In this document: positions 1 to 9,094 of the stretch, one piece after another
How positions within the stretch are numbered: position 1 is the stretch's first letter
How the letters are laid out: each line of letters begins with the position of its first letter
DNA from: Chthonomonadales bacterium
GTDB taxonomy: Bacteria; Armatimonadota; Chthonomonadetes; Chthonomonadales; Chthonomonadaceae
Length of the DNA: 26,226 nt
Direction: 5' to 3'
Assembly (NCBI GenBank): GCA_038217285.1
Contig: JBBQPO010000054.1
Span: 1-26,226 of the forward strand
The notes under the pieces: model-generated
The model's input: only the letters and a program-made list of their open reading frames with translations
Told to the model about the DNA's origin: nothing
Databases searched by the model: none
Translations under genes and position numbers: made by a program

Positions 1-39
1 TGCGTCTTCAGATCGGTGCCTGCCAGGGAGTTAAAGGCT

Positions 40-1146
40 TCAGTAGTTGCCATCGCGTACCTCGAAATGCGTCGGTTTGTCCAGAGTTTTGCCTCGGTTC
101 TGCACCCACTCCGCCACCCAGCGAGCCATTGTACTGAGCGAAACCGTGGGATAGCCGAAATGTCCGAAGGCGCGGCCCGCGTTGCTGAGAAGGGCGGTTT
201 CCGCTTCCTGGCCTGTAAACAACGGCCTCCGGTCGAGGAGTCGTCCGAACTCCAGGGCCAGGGCGCGCACCGAGACGGTTTCCGGTCCGGTGACATTGAG
301 CGCGGTCGGAGGAGAGGTCGCCAGAAGAAGGCTCTGCAAAGCCCACGCGTTCGCATCGCCCTGCCAGATCACATTGACATGGCCCATGGCCAGGTCGATG
401 GGGGTTTCGTCCCACACCTTGCGCGCGACATCGAGCAGAACCCCGTAGCGAAGATCGATGGCGTAGTTGAGGCGAAAATGGAGCACCGGCGTTCCGTCTC
501 GACGGGAGAAGAAATCGAAGACGCGCTCTCTGCCAACACAGGAGTTGGCATATTCGCCGAGCGGTTCAAGAGCATCCTCCTCCTGTGAGCCGCCTCGCGA
601 CACAGGAGTAGAAGGATAGACGCAACCCGTGGAAAAGACCACGATGCAGGCTCCGACATAGTGGTCTGCGACATAGGCGGGAACAAGCGCATTCATGGCC
701 CAGGTGCGCTCGGGGGACCCGGTCGTGCCGAACTTCTGTCCGGCCATATAGATCACATTGGGCGCCTGGGGCAACTGCGCGACCGCGTTCCGATCCAGGA
801 GGTCGCAGGCTGCCGTTTCGACCCCGTTCGCTTCTAAATAGTTCTGCGCTTCCGGGTCAGAAAACCGCGCTACGCCGATGACACGTCGCTTATCGTCGTT
901 CTGATCCAGCGCCCGTCGCGCCATCACGGCCAGAGTCGGCCCCATCTTGCCGCCCACTCCAAGCACCACAATATCGCCCTCCGTGCAGGAGAGGCAGTCC
1001 ACCACATCCTGCGTCGGCCGCGACAGCCGCTCATTCAGCGAATCCTCGTTGCTCGGGCAGGGTTCGGGGGCGTCAAACCGTGGAGGCCTGCGTTTGCCGC
1101 GAACCGAAGACGGCCTCCTTCGCTCACGCGGTTCCGCGTCGCTCAT
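40..1146 (-). CDS. NAD-dependent epimerase/dehydratase family protein (atypical extended SDR)
   Basis: 368 aa ORF. Rossmann glycine motif IVVLGVGGKMG, VIYMAG, VFSTGCVY, active-site-like EYANSC, RLNYA. SD AGGAGG (minus strand, 1152-1157) just upstream of the ATG. Confidence 0.85.
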   Translation of the reverse strand: MSDAEPRERRRPSSVRGKRRPPRFDAPEPCPSNEDSLNERLSRPTQDVVDCLSCTEGDIVVLGVGGKMGPTLAVMARRALDQNDDKRRVIGVARFSDPEAQNYLEANGVETAACDLLDRNAVAQLPQAPNVIYMAGQKFGTTGSPERTWAMNALVPAYVADHYVGACIVVFSTGCVYPSTPVSRGGSQEEDALEPLGEYANSCVGRERVFDFFSRRDGTPVLHFRLNYAIDLRYGVLLDVARKVWDETPIDLAMGHVNVIWQGDANAWALQSLLLATSPPTALNVTGPETVSVRALALEFGRLLDRRPLFTGQEAETALLSNAGRAFGHFGYPTVSLSTMARWVAEWVQNRGKTLDKPTHFEVRDGNY

Positions 1147-1158
1147 TGATACCTCCTG

Positions 1159-1278
1159 CCGCAGTCAAGGGGTTATCACCCCTCGCTACGCGCATATACG
1201 GAAGCCCTTCGGGCACCCCAAATCCTGCGCTTCCGCGCACAGGATTTCGGCGGACCGTCCTTCGGACGGATTGTGCGG
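1159..1278. other. Highly structured intergenic element: four hairpins enclosed by an imperfect terminal inverted repeat
   Basis: Inverted repeats read directly: AGGGGT/ACCCCT 1168-1183; GCCC-TTC-GGGC 1204-1214; AAATCCTG..CAGGATTT 1220-1247; CCGTCC-TTC-GGACGG 1255-1269; closing pair CCGCA(GT)CAA 1159-1168 with TTGTGCGG 1271-1278. Confidence 0.55.
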
Positions 1279-1304
1279 TGATAGACAGTGCTTCCTCACA
1301 GATC

Positions 1305-2735
1305 TCAGGCGATGATATCCTTGATGACTTCGCCCGAGACGTCGGTGAGGCGCATGTCGCGGCCGCTGAATCGGTAGGTGAGTTTCTTATGGTCCATACC
1401 CATCAGGTGCAGCATGGTGGCATGCATGTCGTGGATATCGACCTTGTTCTGCTCGGCATAGTAGCCGTAGTCGTCGGTGGCACCGAAGATGGTGCCGCCC
1501 TTGACGCCGCCCCCCGCCATCCAGACCGTGAAGCCGAAGGGGTTGTGGTCGCGGCCATCGGAACCCTGCGCCATCGGCGTCCGCCCGAACTCCCCCCCCC
1601 ACACCACCAGCGTACTGTCCAGCAGTCCTCGCGATTTCAGGTCTTTCAGCAGGCCCGCAATCGGCTTATCGACGGCGACGGCGTTACGCTCATGGCCGAG
1701 GCGCAGGTCGCCGTGCTGATCCCAGCGGTCGGTCCCAACCGAGGGGCAGAGCAACTCGATGAAGCGTACCCCGCGCTCGACGAGCCGGCGGGCGACCAGA
1801 CACTGCTGTCCGTAGATCTGCGTCACCGGGTTGTCCAGGCCATACAACTTCTTCGTGGCTTCGCTCTCGTTGCGGAAATCCATCAGGTCGGGAACGGCGG
1901 TCTGCATCTTGTAGGCGAGCTCATAGTTGGCGATGGAGGCTTCGAGCTTGTCACTCTCCCCCATGCGCTCGACCACGCTGCGATCCAGTTTCCGCATCAG
2001 GGCGAACTGATCCTGCTGCCTTTTCGCGTCCAGCGCCGAGGGCTGAAGATCGGCGACCGGGCTGGCGCCGCTGCGGAAAAGCGAGCCCTGGTAACTGGCG
2101 GGCAGGAAGCCGCTGGTAAAGCAGTCCAGGCCCCCCGGAGGAATCAGGCCGCTGTTGAGGACGATGAAGCCAGGAAGGTTCTGGCAGGCGCTGCCGAGGC
2201 CGTAGGTCGCCCACGCGCCCATACTTGGGCGGCCCTGCATTCCTAACCCGGAGTGAAGGAAGTAGTTCGCATTGGTATGCTCGGAAAAATCGGAGGTCAT
2301 CGAGCGGATGATCGCCATGTCGTCCACGCAGGTCGCGACATTGGGGAACAGATCGCTGACCGGAATACCGCTCTTGCCGTAAGGCTTGAACTCCCAGGGC
2401 GATTTCAGCACGGTTCCGACGTTGTCGAACTGGGTTGGCGGCACCTTCATCTTGATCGGCTGGCCGTGCTCCTTGATTAGACGGGGCTTGGGGTCGAACG
2501 TATCGACCTGCGACGGCCCTCCGTCCATATAGAGAAAGATGACGCTCTTCGCCTTCGCCGGGAAGTGGGACGGTTTCGGCGATAGCGGATTCAGGCTGTC
2601 GCTCCCGGCAGGAGTCGCGCCGAAGGCGGGATCCGTGAGCAGGGCGGAGAGAGCGAACATCCCAAAACCGGTCGCGCATTCCGTCAGCATCTCGCGTCGG
2701 TTGAGGGGCGATTTCCGAAAGTTGTTACAGTGCAT
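1305..2735 (-). CDS. DUF1501 domain-containing protein (sulfatase-like), probable Tat export
   Basis: 476 aa. N-terminal LNRREML twin-arginine motif and hydrophobic stretch. Family motifs AKSVIFLYMDGGPSQVDTFDPKP, RRLVERGVRF, WDQH, GEFGRTP, GRDHNP, DMHATMLHLMG, RLTDV. Confidence 0.9.
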   Translation of the reverse strand: MHCNNFRKSPLNRREMLTECATGFGMFALSALLTDPAFGATPAGSDSLNPLSPKPSHFPAKAKSVIFLYMDGGPSQVDTFDPKPRLIKEHGQPIKMKVPPTQFDNVGTVLKSPWEFKPYGKSGIPVSDLFPNVATCVDDMAIIRSMTSDFSEHTNANYFLHSGLGMQGRPSMGAWATYGLGSACQNLPGFIVLNSGLIPPGGLDCFTSGFLPASYQGSLFRSGASPVADLQPSALDAKRQQDQFALMRKLDRSVVERMGESDKLEASIANYELAYKMQTAVPDLMDFRNESEATKKLYGLDNPVTQIYGQQCLVARRLVERGVRFIELLCPSVGTDRWDQHGDLRLGHERNAVAVDKPIAGLLKDLKSRGLLDSTLVVWGGEFGRTPMAQGSDGRDHNPFGFTVWMAGGGVKGGTIFGATDDYGYYAEQNKVDIHDMHATMLHLMGMDHKKLTYRFSGRDMRLTDVSGEVIKDIIA

Positions 2736-2771
2736 CGGGAACTCCTACGGGAGCGAATAACGCCGAACGCC

Positions 2772-5700
2772 TTATTCGAGAAAGATAAACTCTTTGACAT
2801 TGAACAGCACATGGCACAGGTCGGCCCATGAGCGCGGATCGTCGGTGGTTCCGTACGCCTTATCCTGCGCGGTCAGAAACGTGAGCGCATCTGCAGCTTC
2901 CGTGGCCGTGACCGGTCTGCCAAACGCCTCGACGTAGAGCGTGTCGATCCGCTGTTGGGGCGTCAGATTCGGAAGCGCCAGAGTCTTCTTCGCCCAGATT
3001 TCGGCCTGCTGCGGGAACAACGGATTGTTCATCAGGGCCAGCGCCTGCGCGGGAACGTTGGACACGGAGCGCCGGCCGATGCTGGTAAAGGGCACCGGAT
3101 AGTCGAAGGCGAGAAAGAGCGGCGTCAGGAAGTTGCGGCGAACCCCGATATAGAGGCTTCGCCGACCGTCCCCGTCCAGCGGCCCACTCTTTCCCGGTCG
3201 GCCACGCCCGACCATGAAATCGGTGAGATAGGGCATCACGCTCGGCCCGTATAGCTTCGGGTCGAGACGACCGGAGACCGCGAGGGCAGCGTCGCGAATG
3301 CACTCCGCCTCGAGGCGGCGGATATTGGCCTTGTGGAGCAGACGGTTCTGCGGATCGGCCTCGTCGCTTCTGGCATCGGTGCGACTCGCCATACGGTAGG
3401 TCGCGGAGAGGACCATCATCCGGTGCATCTTCTTCAGCGACCAGCCCTGACGAACGAACTCCTTCGCGAGCCAGTCGAGCAGCTCCGGATGGCTGGGCCG
3501 CTCGCCCATGACGCCGAAGTCGTCGGGTGTCTTGACGATACCGTCGCCGAAGTGGTGCTGCCAGAGTCGGTTGACCATGACACGCGGCAGGAGCGGATTG
3601 GTCGGCGCGGTCAGCCGCTGCGCCAGCTCCAATCGTCCGCTGCCAACTGTCGGCACGGGCTGTTTCGGGCCGTTGAGCGCTTCGAAGAAGCGGCGCGGCA
3701 CGAGGTCGCCGGGGGTCTTGTAGTTGCCGCGAATGTGGACATGATCGTCTTCGGGCGAGCCATCGGTGATCGCCATGACCCGATGCACCTCCGGGAGCGC
3801 CTGTTCGGCTGTCTGCCGCTTCTTGAGCAGAGCTGTGATCTCGGGCGTTGAGGCGGTCGCGCCCGCAGCGATGAGCAGGCTGTCGTTGCGCAGCATCCAG
3901 TCGAGCAGGCCGGTTCGGTCGAGTTCCGTCGGCGTTGCGTCGAGCTTGCCGTCCTGCCAGGTCTGCAGCGTCGTCGCCAGCAGCGTGTGGTAGGCGTGCG
4001 TCAGGCCCTCCAGGGAGTTGACCGCCGGATTTTCGAGCATCTGCACGACAAGAGGATCGGGCGCGGTCACGGGATTGGGTCCGTCCGTAAACAGAATGCG
4101 GTCGAGGGTCGCGCTGCCGTCACCGCGATCCAGCACTTCGATGTACGCGTTATGTCCGACCCATTTGGTGACATCCATCGCGTACCATGTCGGGAGCGGC
4201 TTGTTGACGACGAACGTCAGACCGCCATAAATGGGATACTGGATCCGGTGGAAGCCGTCGATCACCAGGTTGACGGTGACGCCGCTTCCGGCGATATGGA
4301 ACAGCACACGCTTTTTCGAGATCGCGAACGTGTGGGAGCGCATTTCACCCTGGAGGCGTCCGCTGAGAGCGCCGCTATCCGCCACACCCGGTCCCAGTAT
4401 TCCCGCGATGCGTGGGCCAGTCTCCTTCAGATCTAACTGAAGGGCGATTCGTTCGGGAGCGGTTCCAAACGCCTCACCGGAAACGTCCCAGTTCCGATAG
4501 TCGCCCGTGTGAAAGTCCTCGAAGACGACCGCGTCGGCACGGGCTTTCTGCGCCTGCTCGATGCGGCCTTTGAGATCGACTGCCAGCGCCGTCGCCCGAC
4601 TGCGGAACGTCTCCTGCTTCTCGCCTGACTGCTCGATGCCAAGCCTGAACCACGGATAGAGGGGGTTGGCCGGGTCTTTTGCCGCCACCTCACGCAGGTA
4701 CTTGCCCAGTGCAAGAGATGTGCCAGGAGCACGAAGACGGCTATCGGGGAGAGACGCCTGTTGAAGCTGCGGTCCGGTGGAGAGGGCGAGCAGACCGGCC
4801 TCGAAACGTGCCAGACCCTGCAGTTGTGCCGACGCCTCCGCGTGTACCAGCAGCGGCTGAAGCTCTGCCCGTGACGCGGTCAACGCTGCGACACCCGGAC
4901 GGAACCTGTCCGGGGCCTCGATGGCGGCGAGATGATAGCGCGAACTCTTCAGATAGCCGGAAAGAGCATAGTAGTCTTTCGTCGAGATCGCATCGAATTT
5001 GTGGTTATGGCAGCGCGCACAGCCGACCGAGAGCCCGAGAAAGGTCTTCGAAAAGACGTCGATCTGGTTGTCTACGCGCTCCGCCTCGTCGGTCTGGAGA
5101 TCGACGGGCGAGTGTTTGCCTTCTCCGAACCAGAAGAAGCCCGTGGCGATCAGCGACTCGTTGACTCCGTCGGTGGGATTCAGGCGCGGATGCGGCAGCA
5201 GGTCTCCGGCGACCTGCTCTGTGACGAACTGATTGTACGGCAGGTCGGCGTTCAGGGCGCGAACCACATAGTCGCGATACATCCAGGCGTTGGGCTTGTC
5301 GAAGTCGAACTCATGCCCATCGGTTTCCGCAAAGCGGGCGAGATCGAGCCAGTGTCGCGCCCAGCGTTCGCCGTAGTGTGGGGAGGAGAGCAGACGGTCC
5401 ACCACCTTCTCGTAGGCGTTCGGGCTGGTGTCGGACAGATAGGCGTCGATCTCTTGCGGCGTCGGCGGCAGGCCGATAAGATCGAACGTGACGCGGCGGA
5501 GGAGTGTGCGTCTGTCGGCATACGGCGCAGGCTTGATATGTCTCTCTTCCAGCTTCGCCAGGATAAAGTTGTCGATCGGCCCACGCACCCAGTTCTTGTT
5601 CTTTACGGCCGGGATGGCAACGGGCCGGAGCGGCTGCCACGCCCAGTGCCTTTTGCGGGTCTGAATGTCGAAAACGGCGACGGACGGCGGACGATTCGCG

Positions 5701-6182
5701 TTGCCGGAGGTCCAGACCGCGCCTTCTTTCACCCATTTCGTCAGGGCCGCGATCTCGTCGGTGCTCAATTTGCCCTTCGGCGGCATCTGCAGACTGCTGT
5801 CCTGATAAGAGATGGCGTGGAGGATGAGGCTCTTCGCCGCATCTCCGGGCACCAGTGCTGCCCCACGTTTGCCACCTAACAGCAGACCTTCGCGGCTGTC
5901 CAACTGCATTCCGCCCTGCGCCATGTTGTTCAGCTTGGCATGACACTGAAAACAGTTCGCTGCGAGGACCGGCCGGACGCTCTTCTCGAAAAACTCCGTA
6001 TTGCCCCCATTCGCCATGTTCCGGCCAGGAAGCGCCGTCGCTTTCGAGGGTTTCGCACGGGAGATTTTGTTCTGTCCTGAGACAGGGTTAGATCCGAGGG
6101 TCAGGAGCGCCAGTAGTCCCGAAAGAAAGACAGCGCCTCCTATCACGAACCTGACTCTTTGCGTGGAGACAGACATAGTCAT
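2772..6182 (-). CDS. Planctomycete-type cytochrome c protein with DUF1549 (PSCyt2) and DUF1553 (PSD1) domains
   Basis: 1136 aa. N-terminal signal/TM segment; heme motifs CFQCH and CARCH; LRRVTFDLIGLPPT, YGERWARHWLDLARFAET, RVMVNRLWQHHFG, PSHPELLDWLA, RRLEAECIRD, QALALMN, C-terminal NVKEFIF. Start may be 6176. Confidence 0.9.
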   Translation of the reverse strand: MTMSVSTQRVRFVIGGAVFLSGLLALLTLGSNPVSGQNKISRAKPSKATALPGRNMANGGNTEFFEKSVRPVLAANCFQCHAKLNNMAQGGMQLDSREGLLLGGKRGAALVPGDAAKSLILHAISYQDSSLQMPPKGKLSTDEIAALTKWVKEGAVWTSGNANRPPSVAVFDIQTRKRHWAWQPLRPVAIPAVKNKNWVRGPIDNFILAKLEERHIKPAPYADRRTLLRRVTFDLIGLPPTPQEIDAYLSDTSPNAYEKVVDRLLSSPHYGERWARHWLDLARFAETDGHEFDFDKPNAWMYRDYVVRALNADLPYNQFVTEQVAGDLLPHPRLNPTDGVNESLIATGFFWFGEGKHSPVDLQTDEAERVDNQIDVFSKTFLGLSVGCARCHNHKFDAISTKDYYALSGYLKSSRYHLAAIEAPDRFRPGVAALTASRAELQPLLVHAEASAQLQGLARFEAGLLALSTGPQLQQASLPDSRLRAPGTSLALGKYLREVAAKDPANPLYPWFRLGIEQSGEKQETFRSRATALAVDLKGRIEQAQKARADAVVFEDFHTGDYRNWDVSGEAFGTAPERIALQLDLKETGPRIAGILGPGVADSGALSGRLQGEMRSHTFAISKKRVLFHIAGSGVTVNLVIDGFHRIQYPIYGGLTFVVNKPLPTWYAMDVTKWVGHNAYIEVLDRGDGSATLDRILFTDGPNPVTAPDPLVVQMLENPAVNSLEGLTHAYHTLLATTLQTWQDGKLDATPTELDRTGLLDWMLRNDSLLIAAGATASTPEITALLKKRQTAEQALPEVHRVMAITDGSPEDDHVHIRGNYKTPGDLVPRRFFEALNGPKQPVPTVGSGRLELAQRLTAPTNPLLPRVMVNRLWQHHFGDGIVKTPDDFGVMGERPSHPELLDWLAKEFVRQGWSLKKMHRMMVLSATYRMASRTDARSDEADPQNRLLHKANIRRLEAECIRDAALAVSGRLDPKLYGPSVMPYLTDFMVGRGRPGKSGPLDGDGRRSLYIGVRRNFLTPLFLAFDYPVPFTSIGRRSVSNVPAQALALMNNPLFPQQAEIWAKKTLALPNLTPQQRIDTLYVEAFGRPVTATEAADALTFLTAQDKAYGTTDDPRSWADLCHVLFNVKEFIFLE

Positions 6183-6317
6183 AAACCGATAACCTCACCG
6201 CCCGCGACAGGGTTCAATATGCAGAATGAATTCATTCTACCACTCCTTTAAGACCCGACGCAAGCGCTTTGGTTGCATACGATTGGCTTTTCTGTCTACT
6301 GCGTTCGGAACAGACAG

Positions 6318-6347
6318 TTCCCAAAAGGTTGCCGGGAAGGGTATACT
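6318..6347 (+). promoter_or_regulatory. Candidate sigma70-type promoter for the his operon
   Basis: TTCCCA (6318-6323), 18-nt spacer, TATACT (6342-6347), about 70 nt upstream of the inferred hisD start. Confidence 0.45.
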
Positions 6348-6414
6348 GTTATGCGGTAAGAGACTTCCCCTTCGAAATTCTCTCGACGACTTTTTCGGAA
6401 AGCAGGTATCCGTC

Positions 6415-7722
6415 TTGCGTGTTTTGAATGTCGCCCAGGAAGGCTACGCGACCGCTGCCGCCGCTCTCCGCCGCACAACGCTTCAGGACAATCCCCGTGT
6501 CGAAGCCATCGTGCGCGAGATCATCGCCGAGGTGCGCGCGGACGGAGACGCCACTCTCCTCAAACTGGGCCGACGCTTTGACAGCCCTCTTCTGGAGTCC
6601 CTCGAAGTTCCCCGTTCGGACTGGCAGGCCGCCGCCGACCGAATTCCCGCCGCTCTGCGCGACACGGTGCAGCAGGCCGCCGCCAACATCCGCGCTTTTC
6701 ATGAGAAACAACGCAAAAATAGCTGGCTCGACGCCCAGCCGGACCGCATCACCGGCCAGATCGTGCGTGCGTTGGACCGGGTTGGCCTCTATGTGCCCGG
6801 CGGAACCGCGGCCTATCCCAGTACGGTGCTCATGACCGCCATTCCGGCCAAAGTCGCGGGCGTCGCGGAGATGATCCTCTGCACCCCGGCCCACGCCAAC
6901 GGCCTGGTTCCCGACCTTGTTCTCTACGCCGCGCAGGTGGCGGGCGTGGACCGGGTTTTCCGCGTGGGGGGAGCGCAGGCCGTCGCCGCGCTCGCCTTCG
7001 GCACCGAGACGATTCCGGCGGTGGACAAGGTGGTCGGACCGGGCAACGTCTACGTGAACGTGGCCAAAAAGCTGCTCTGGGGCGTCGTCGATATCGATAT
7101 GCTGGCAGGGCCGAGCGAGGTCTGCGTCGTGGCCGATGCCGGGGCCAATCCCCTCTTCGCCGCTTTGGACCTACTGACACAGGCCGAACACGATGTCGAA
7201 TGCGCCGCCTACCTTATCACACCCTCCGAAACCTTCGCCCAACGCACCCTTGCAGAGATCGAGCGTCAACTGGAGAGCCTGCCGCGTCGCGATATTCTCC
7301 GGCAAGCCCTGGACGCGCATGGAATGGTGCTCATCACGGAGTCGCTCTCGCAGGCGTACGATCTCGCCAACGTCTGCGCTCCGGAACATCTGGCCCTGAT
7401 GGTGCGCGATCCGTTTGCGGCTCTCGGCAGCATCCGCAATGCCGGCGCGATTCTGATGGGCGACTACGCGCCGCAGACGCTCGGCGACTATATGGCCGGT
7501 CCGAGCCACACACTTCCGACCAGCGGCACGGCGCGATTCGCCTCGCCACTCCACGTCGATACCTTTTTGAAGAAGTCCAGCTTCATCTACTATACCGCCG
7601 CAAGCCTCCACCCGATTGCCTCGGCGATGATCGGTTTCGCCCGTGCCGAAGGCTTCGATGCCCACGCCCAGGCCGTGGAAGCGCGCCAGTCCGAATCCTG
7701 CTCTTGCGAGGAAAACCCGTGA
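6415..7722 (+). CDS. hisD: Histidinol dehydrogenase
   Basis: Motifs VGLYVPGGTAAYPSTVLM, GGAQAVAALAFGT, VGPGNVYV, DMLAGPSE, QAEHD, APEHL, GDYMAGPSHTLPT. Start moved from the track's 6226 to the in-frame TTG at 6415, which has SD-like GCAGGT at 6402-6407. Confidence 0.95.
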   Translation: MRVLNVAQEGYATAAAALRRTTLQDNPRVEAIVREIIAEVRADGDATLLKLGRRFDSPLLESLEVPRSDWQAAADRIPAALRDTVQQAAANIRAFHEKQRKNSWLDAQPDRITGQIVRALDRVGLYVPGGTAAYPSTVLMTAIPAKVAGVAEMILCTPAHANGLVPDLVLYAAQVAGVDRVFRVGGAQAVAALAFGTETIPAVDKVVGPGNVYVNVAKKLLWGVVDIDMLAGPSEVCVVADAGANPLFAALDLLTQAEHDVECAAYLITPSETFAQRTLAEIERQLESLPRRDILRQALDAHGMVLITESLSQAYDLANVCAPEHLALMVRDPFAALGSIRNAGAILMGDYAPQTLGDYMAGPSHTLPTSGTARFASPLHVDTFLKKSSFIYYTAASLHPIASAMIGFARAEGFDAHAQAVEARQSESCSCEENP

Positions 7723-8309
7723 CGAAACGAACCGCCCGCATCACCAGAAAAACCAGTGAAACCGACATCTCGCTTGCCCTCGACATCGACGGCGATGGGA
7801 CGAGCAGTATTGCGACCGGCGTGGGGTTCTTCGACCACATGCTGACCCATATTGCGAAGCACGGCCTGCTGAACCTGACCGTGCAGGCGACCGGTGACCT
7901 GCATATCGACGACCATCATACCGTTGAAGACGTCGGCATCGTCCTCGGCAAGGCGCTGGCGGAGGCGCTTGGCGACCGGGCGGGAATCACCCGAGTCGGG
8001 AATGTCGCGGTACCGATGGATGAGGCGCTGGTCTTCTGCGCCATCGACATCAGCGGGCGCGGCTATCTGGCCTACGACCTCGTCTGCCCCACCCCGAAAC
8101 TGGGTGACTACACCTCGGAACTGACCCCGGAGTTCTTCCGTGCCGTCGCGGTCAATGCAGGCTGGACCGTACACTTGCGACAGATGGCAGGAACGAACAC
8201 CCACCACCTCATCGAGGCGGCCTTCAAGGCGTTTGGCCGAGCCCTGGCGCAAGCCGTCAGCCACTCCCCTCGTGTGCAGGGAGTGCCATCGACGAAAGGT
8301 GTGCTGTAA
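7719..8309 (+). CDS. hisB: Imidazoleglycerol-phosphate dehydratase (monofunctional)
   Basis: RKTSETDI, TGVGFFDHML, GDLHIDDHHTVED, PMDEAL, NTHHLIEAAFKA, PSTKG. GTG start at 7719 overlaps the hisD stop (GTGA). No N-terminal phosphatase domain. Confidence 0.95.
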   Translation: MTKRTARITRKTSETDISLALDIDGDGTSSIATGVGFFDHMLTHIAKHGLLNLTVQATGDLHIDDHHTVEDVGIVLGKALAEALGDRAGITRVGNVAVPMDEALVFCAIDISGRGYLAYDLVCPTPKLGDYTSELTPEFFRAVAVNAGWTVHLRQMAGTNTHHLIEAAFKAFGRALAQAVSHSPRVQGVPSTKGVL

Positions 8310-8426
8310 GTTTTTTGCAGGTTTCCAGTTTTCGGGTGAAGTACGCCGGTCCGGTGTGCGTATGGAGAGTATCAGACGGAGTGTTGCCTGCCGACACCGG
8401 CAAGGCAGATCTGGGAAAGACAGAAT

Positions 8427-9056
8427 ATGATCGCGATCGTAGACTACGGGATGGCGAACCTGCGGAGTGTGGAGAAGGCTCTGCTCAAAGTAGGAGGCGA
8501 TCCCTTCGTGACCGGAGATCCTGCCGAAATCGCGCGGGCGGAGAAAGTGGTTCTGCCCGGTGTCGGGGCCTTCTGTGCTGCGATGGGCAATCTGCATCGT
8601 AGTGGGCTGGATGCGGCCGTTCGCCTGCACATCGCGCAGGGCAAACCGTTTCTTGGCATCTGCCTCGGCCTGCAGATGCTGTTCGAGGCGAGCAGCGAAA
8701 TGGGATCGACGCCGGGACTGGGCATTCTGCCCGGTCAGGTGGTGCAGTTTTTCGAAGACGGGCTGCCGAACCCCGCTGCCGCCGAGCTGAAAGTGCCGCA
8801 TATCGGCTGGAACAGCTTGAACTTCCCCGCGCCGTCGCGGCTGCTGCACGGGTTGTCCGAAGGCGACCGCGTCTATTTCGTCCACTCGTATTTTCCGGTA
8901 CCCGATGATAAGACCGTGATTACCGCGACCAGCGACTACGGAACCGACTTCTGTTGTGCTATCGAAAAAGATAATATCGCCGCAACTCAGTTCCACCCCG
9001 AGAAGAGTGGAACCGTCGGGTTGCAAATCTTGCGAAACTTCGCCTCCTGGGACTGA
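8427..9056 (+). CDS. hisH: Imidazole glycerol phosphate synthase, glutamine amidotransferase subunit
   Basis: IAIVDYGMANL, LPGVGAF, LGICLGLQML (catalytic Cys), VPHIGWN, YFVHSY, QFHPEKS (His-Glu). Confidence 0.95.
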   Translation: MIAIVDYGMANLRSVEKALLKVGGDPFVTGDPAEIARAEKVVLPGVGAFCAAMGNLHRSGLDAAVRLHIAQGKPFLGICLGLQMLFEASSEMGSTPGLGILPGQVVQFFEDGLPNPAAAELKVPHIGWNSLNFPAPSRLLHGLSEGDRVYFVHSYFPVPDDKTVITATSDYGTDFCCAIEKDNIAATQFHPEKSGTVGLQILRNFASWD

Positions 9057-9094
9057 GTAGTAGTCATACAGGAGCGCTAGACAGGTTGAAGTGA

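Noticed and set aside
6226-6414. 63-codon N-terminal extension of hisD in the ORF track
   Set aside because: No HisD-like sequence. It spans the likely promoter, and a TTG with an SD at 6415 gives a normal-length protein.
6348-6414. Possible His attenuator leader, including the mini-ORF ATGCGGTAA at 6351-6359
   Set aside because: No His-codon run and no convincing terminator/antiterminator pair. The ATG is too close to the -10 box to be reliably transcribed.
7200-7718. Apparent long N-terminal domain on hisB (369-aa ORF)
   Set aside because: It is an alternative frame inside hisD with no phosphatase motif. The real start is the coupled GTG at 7719.
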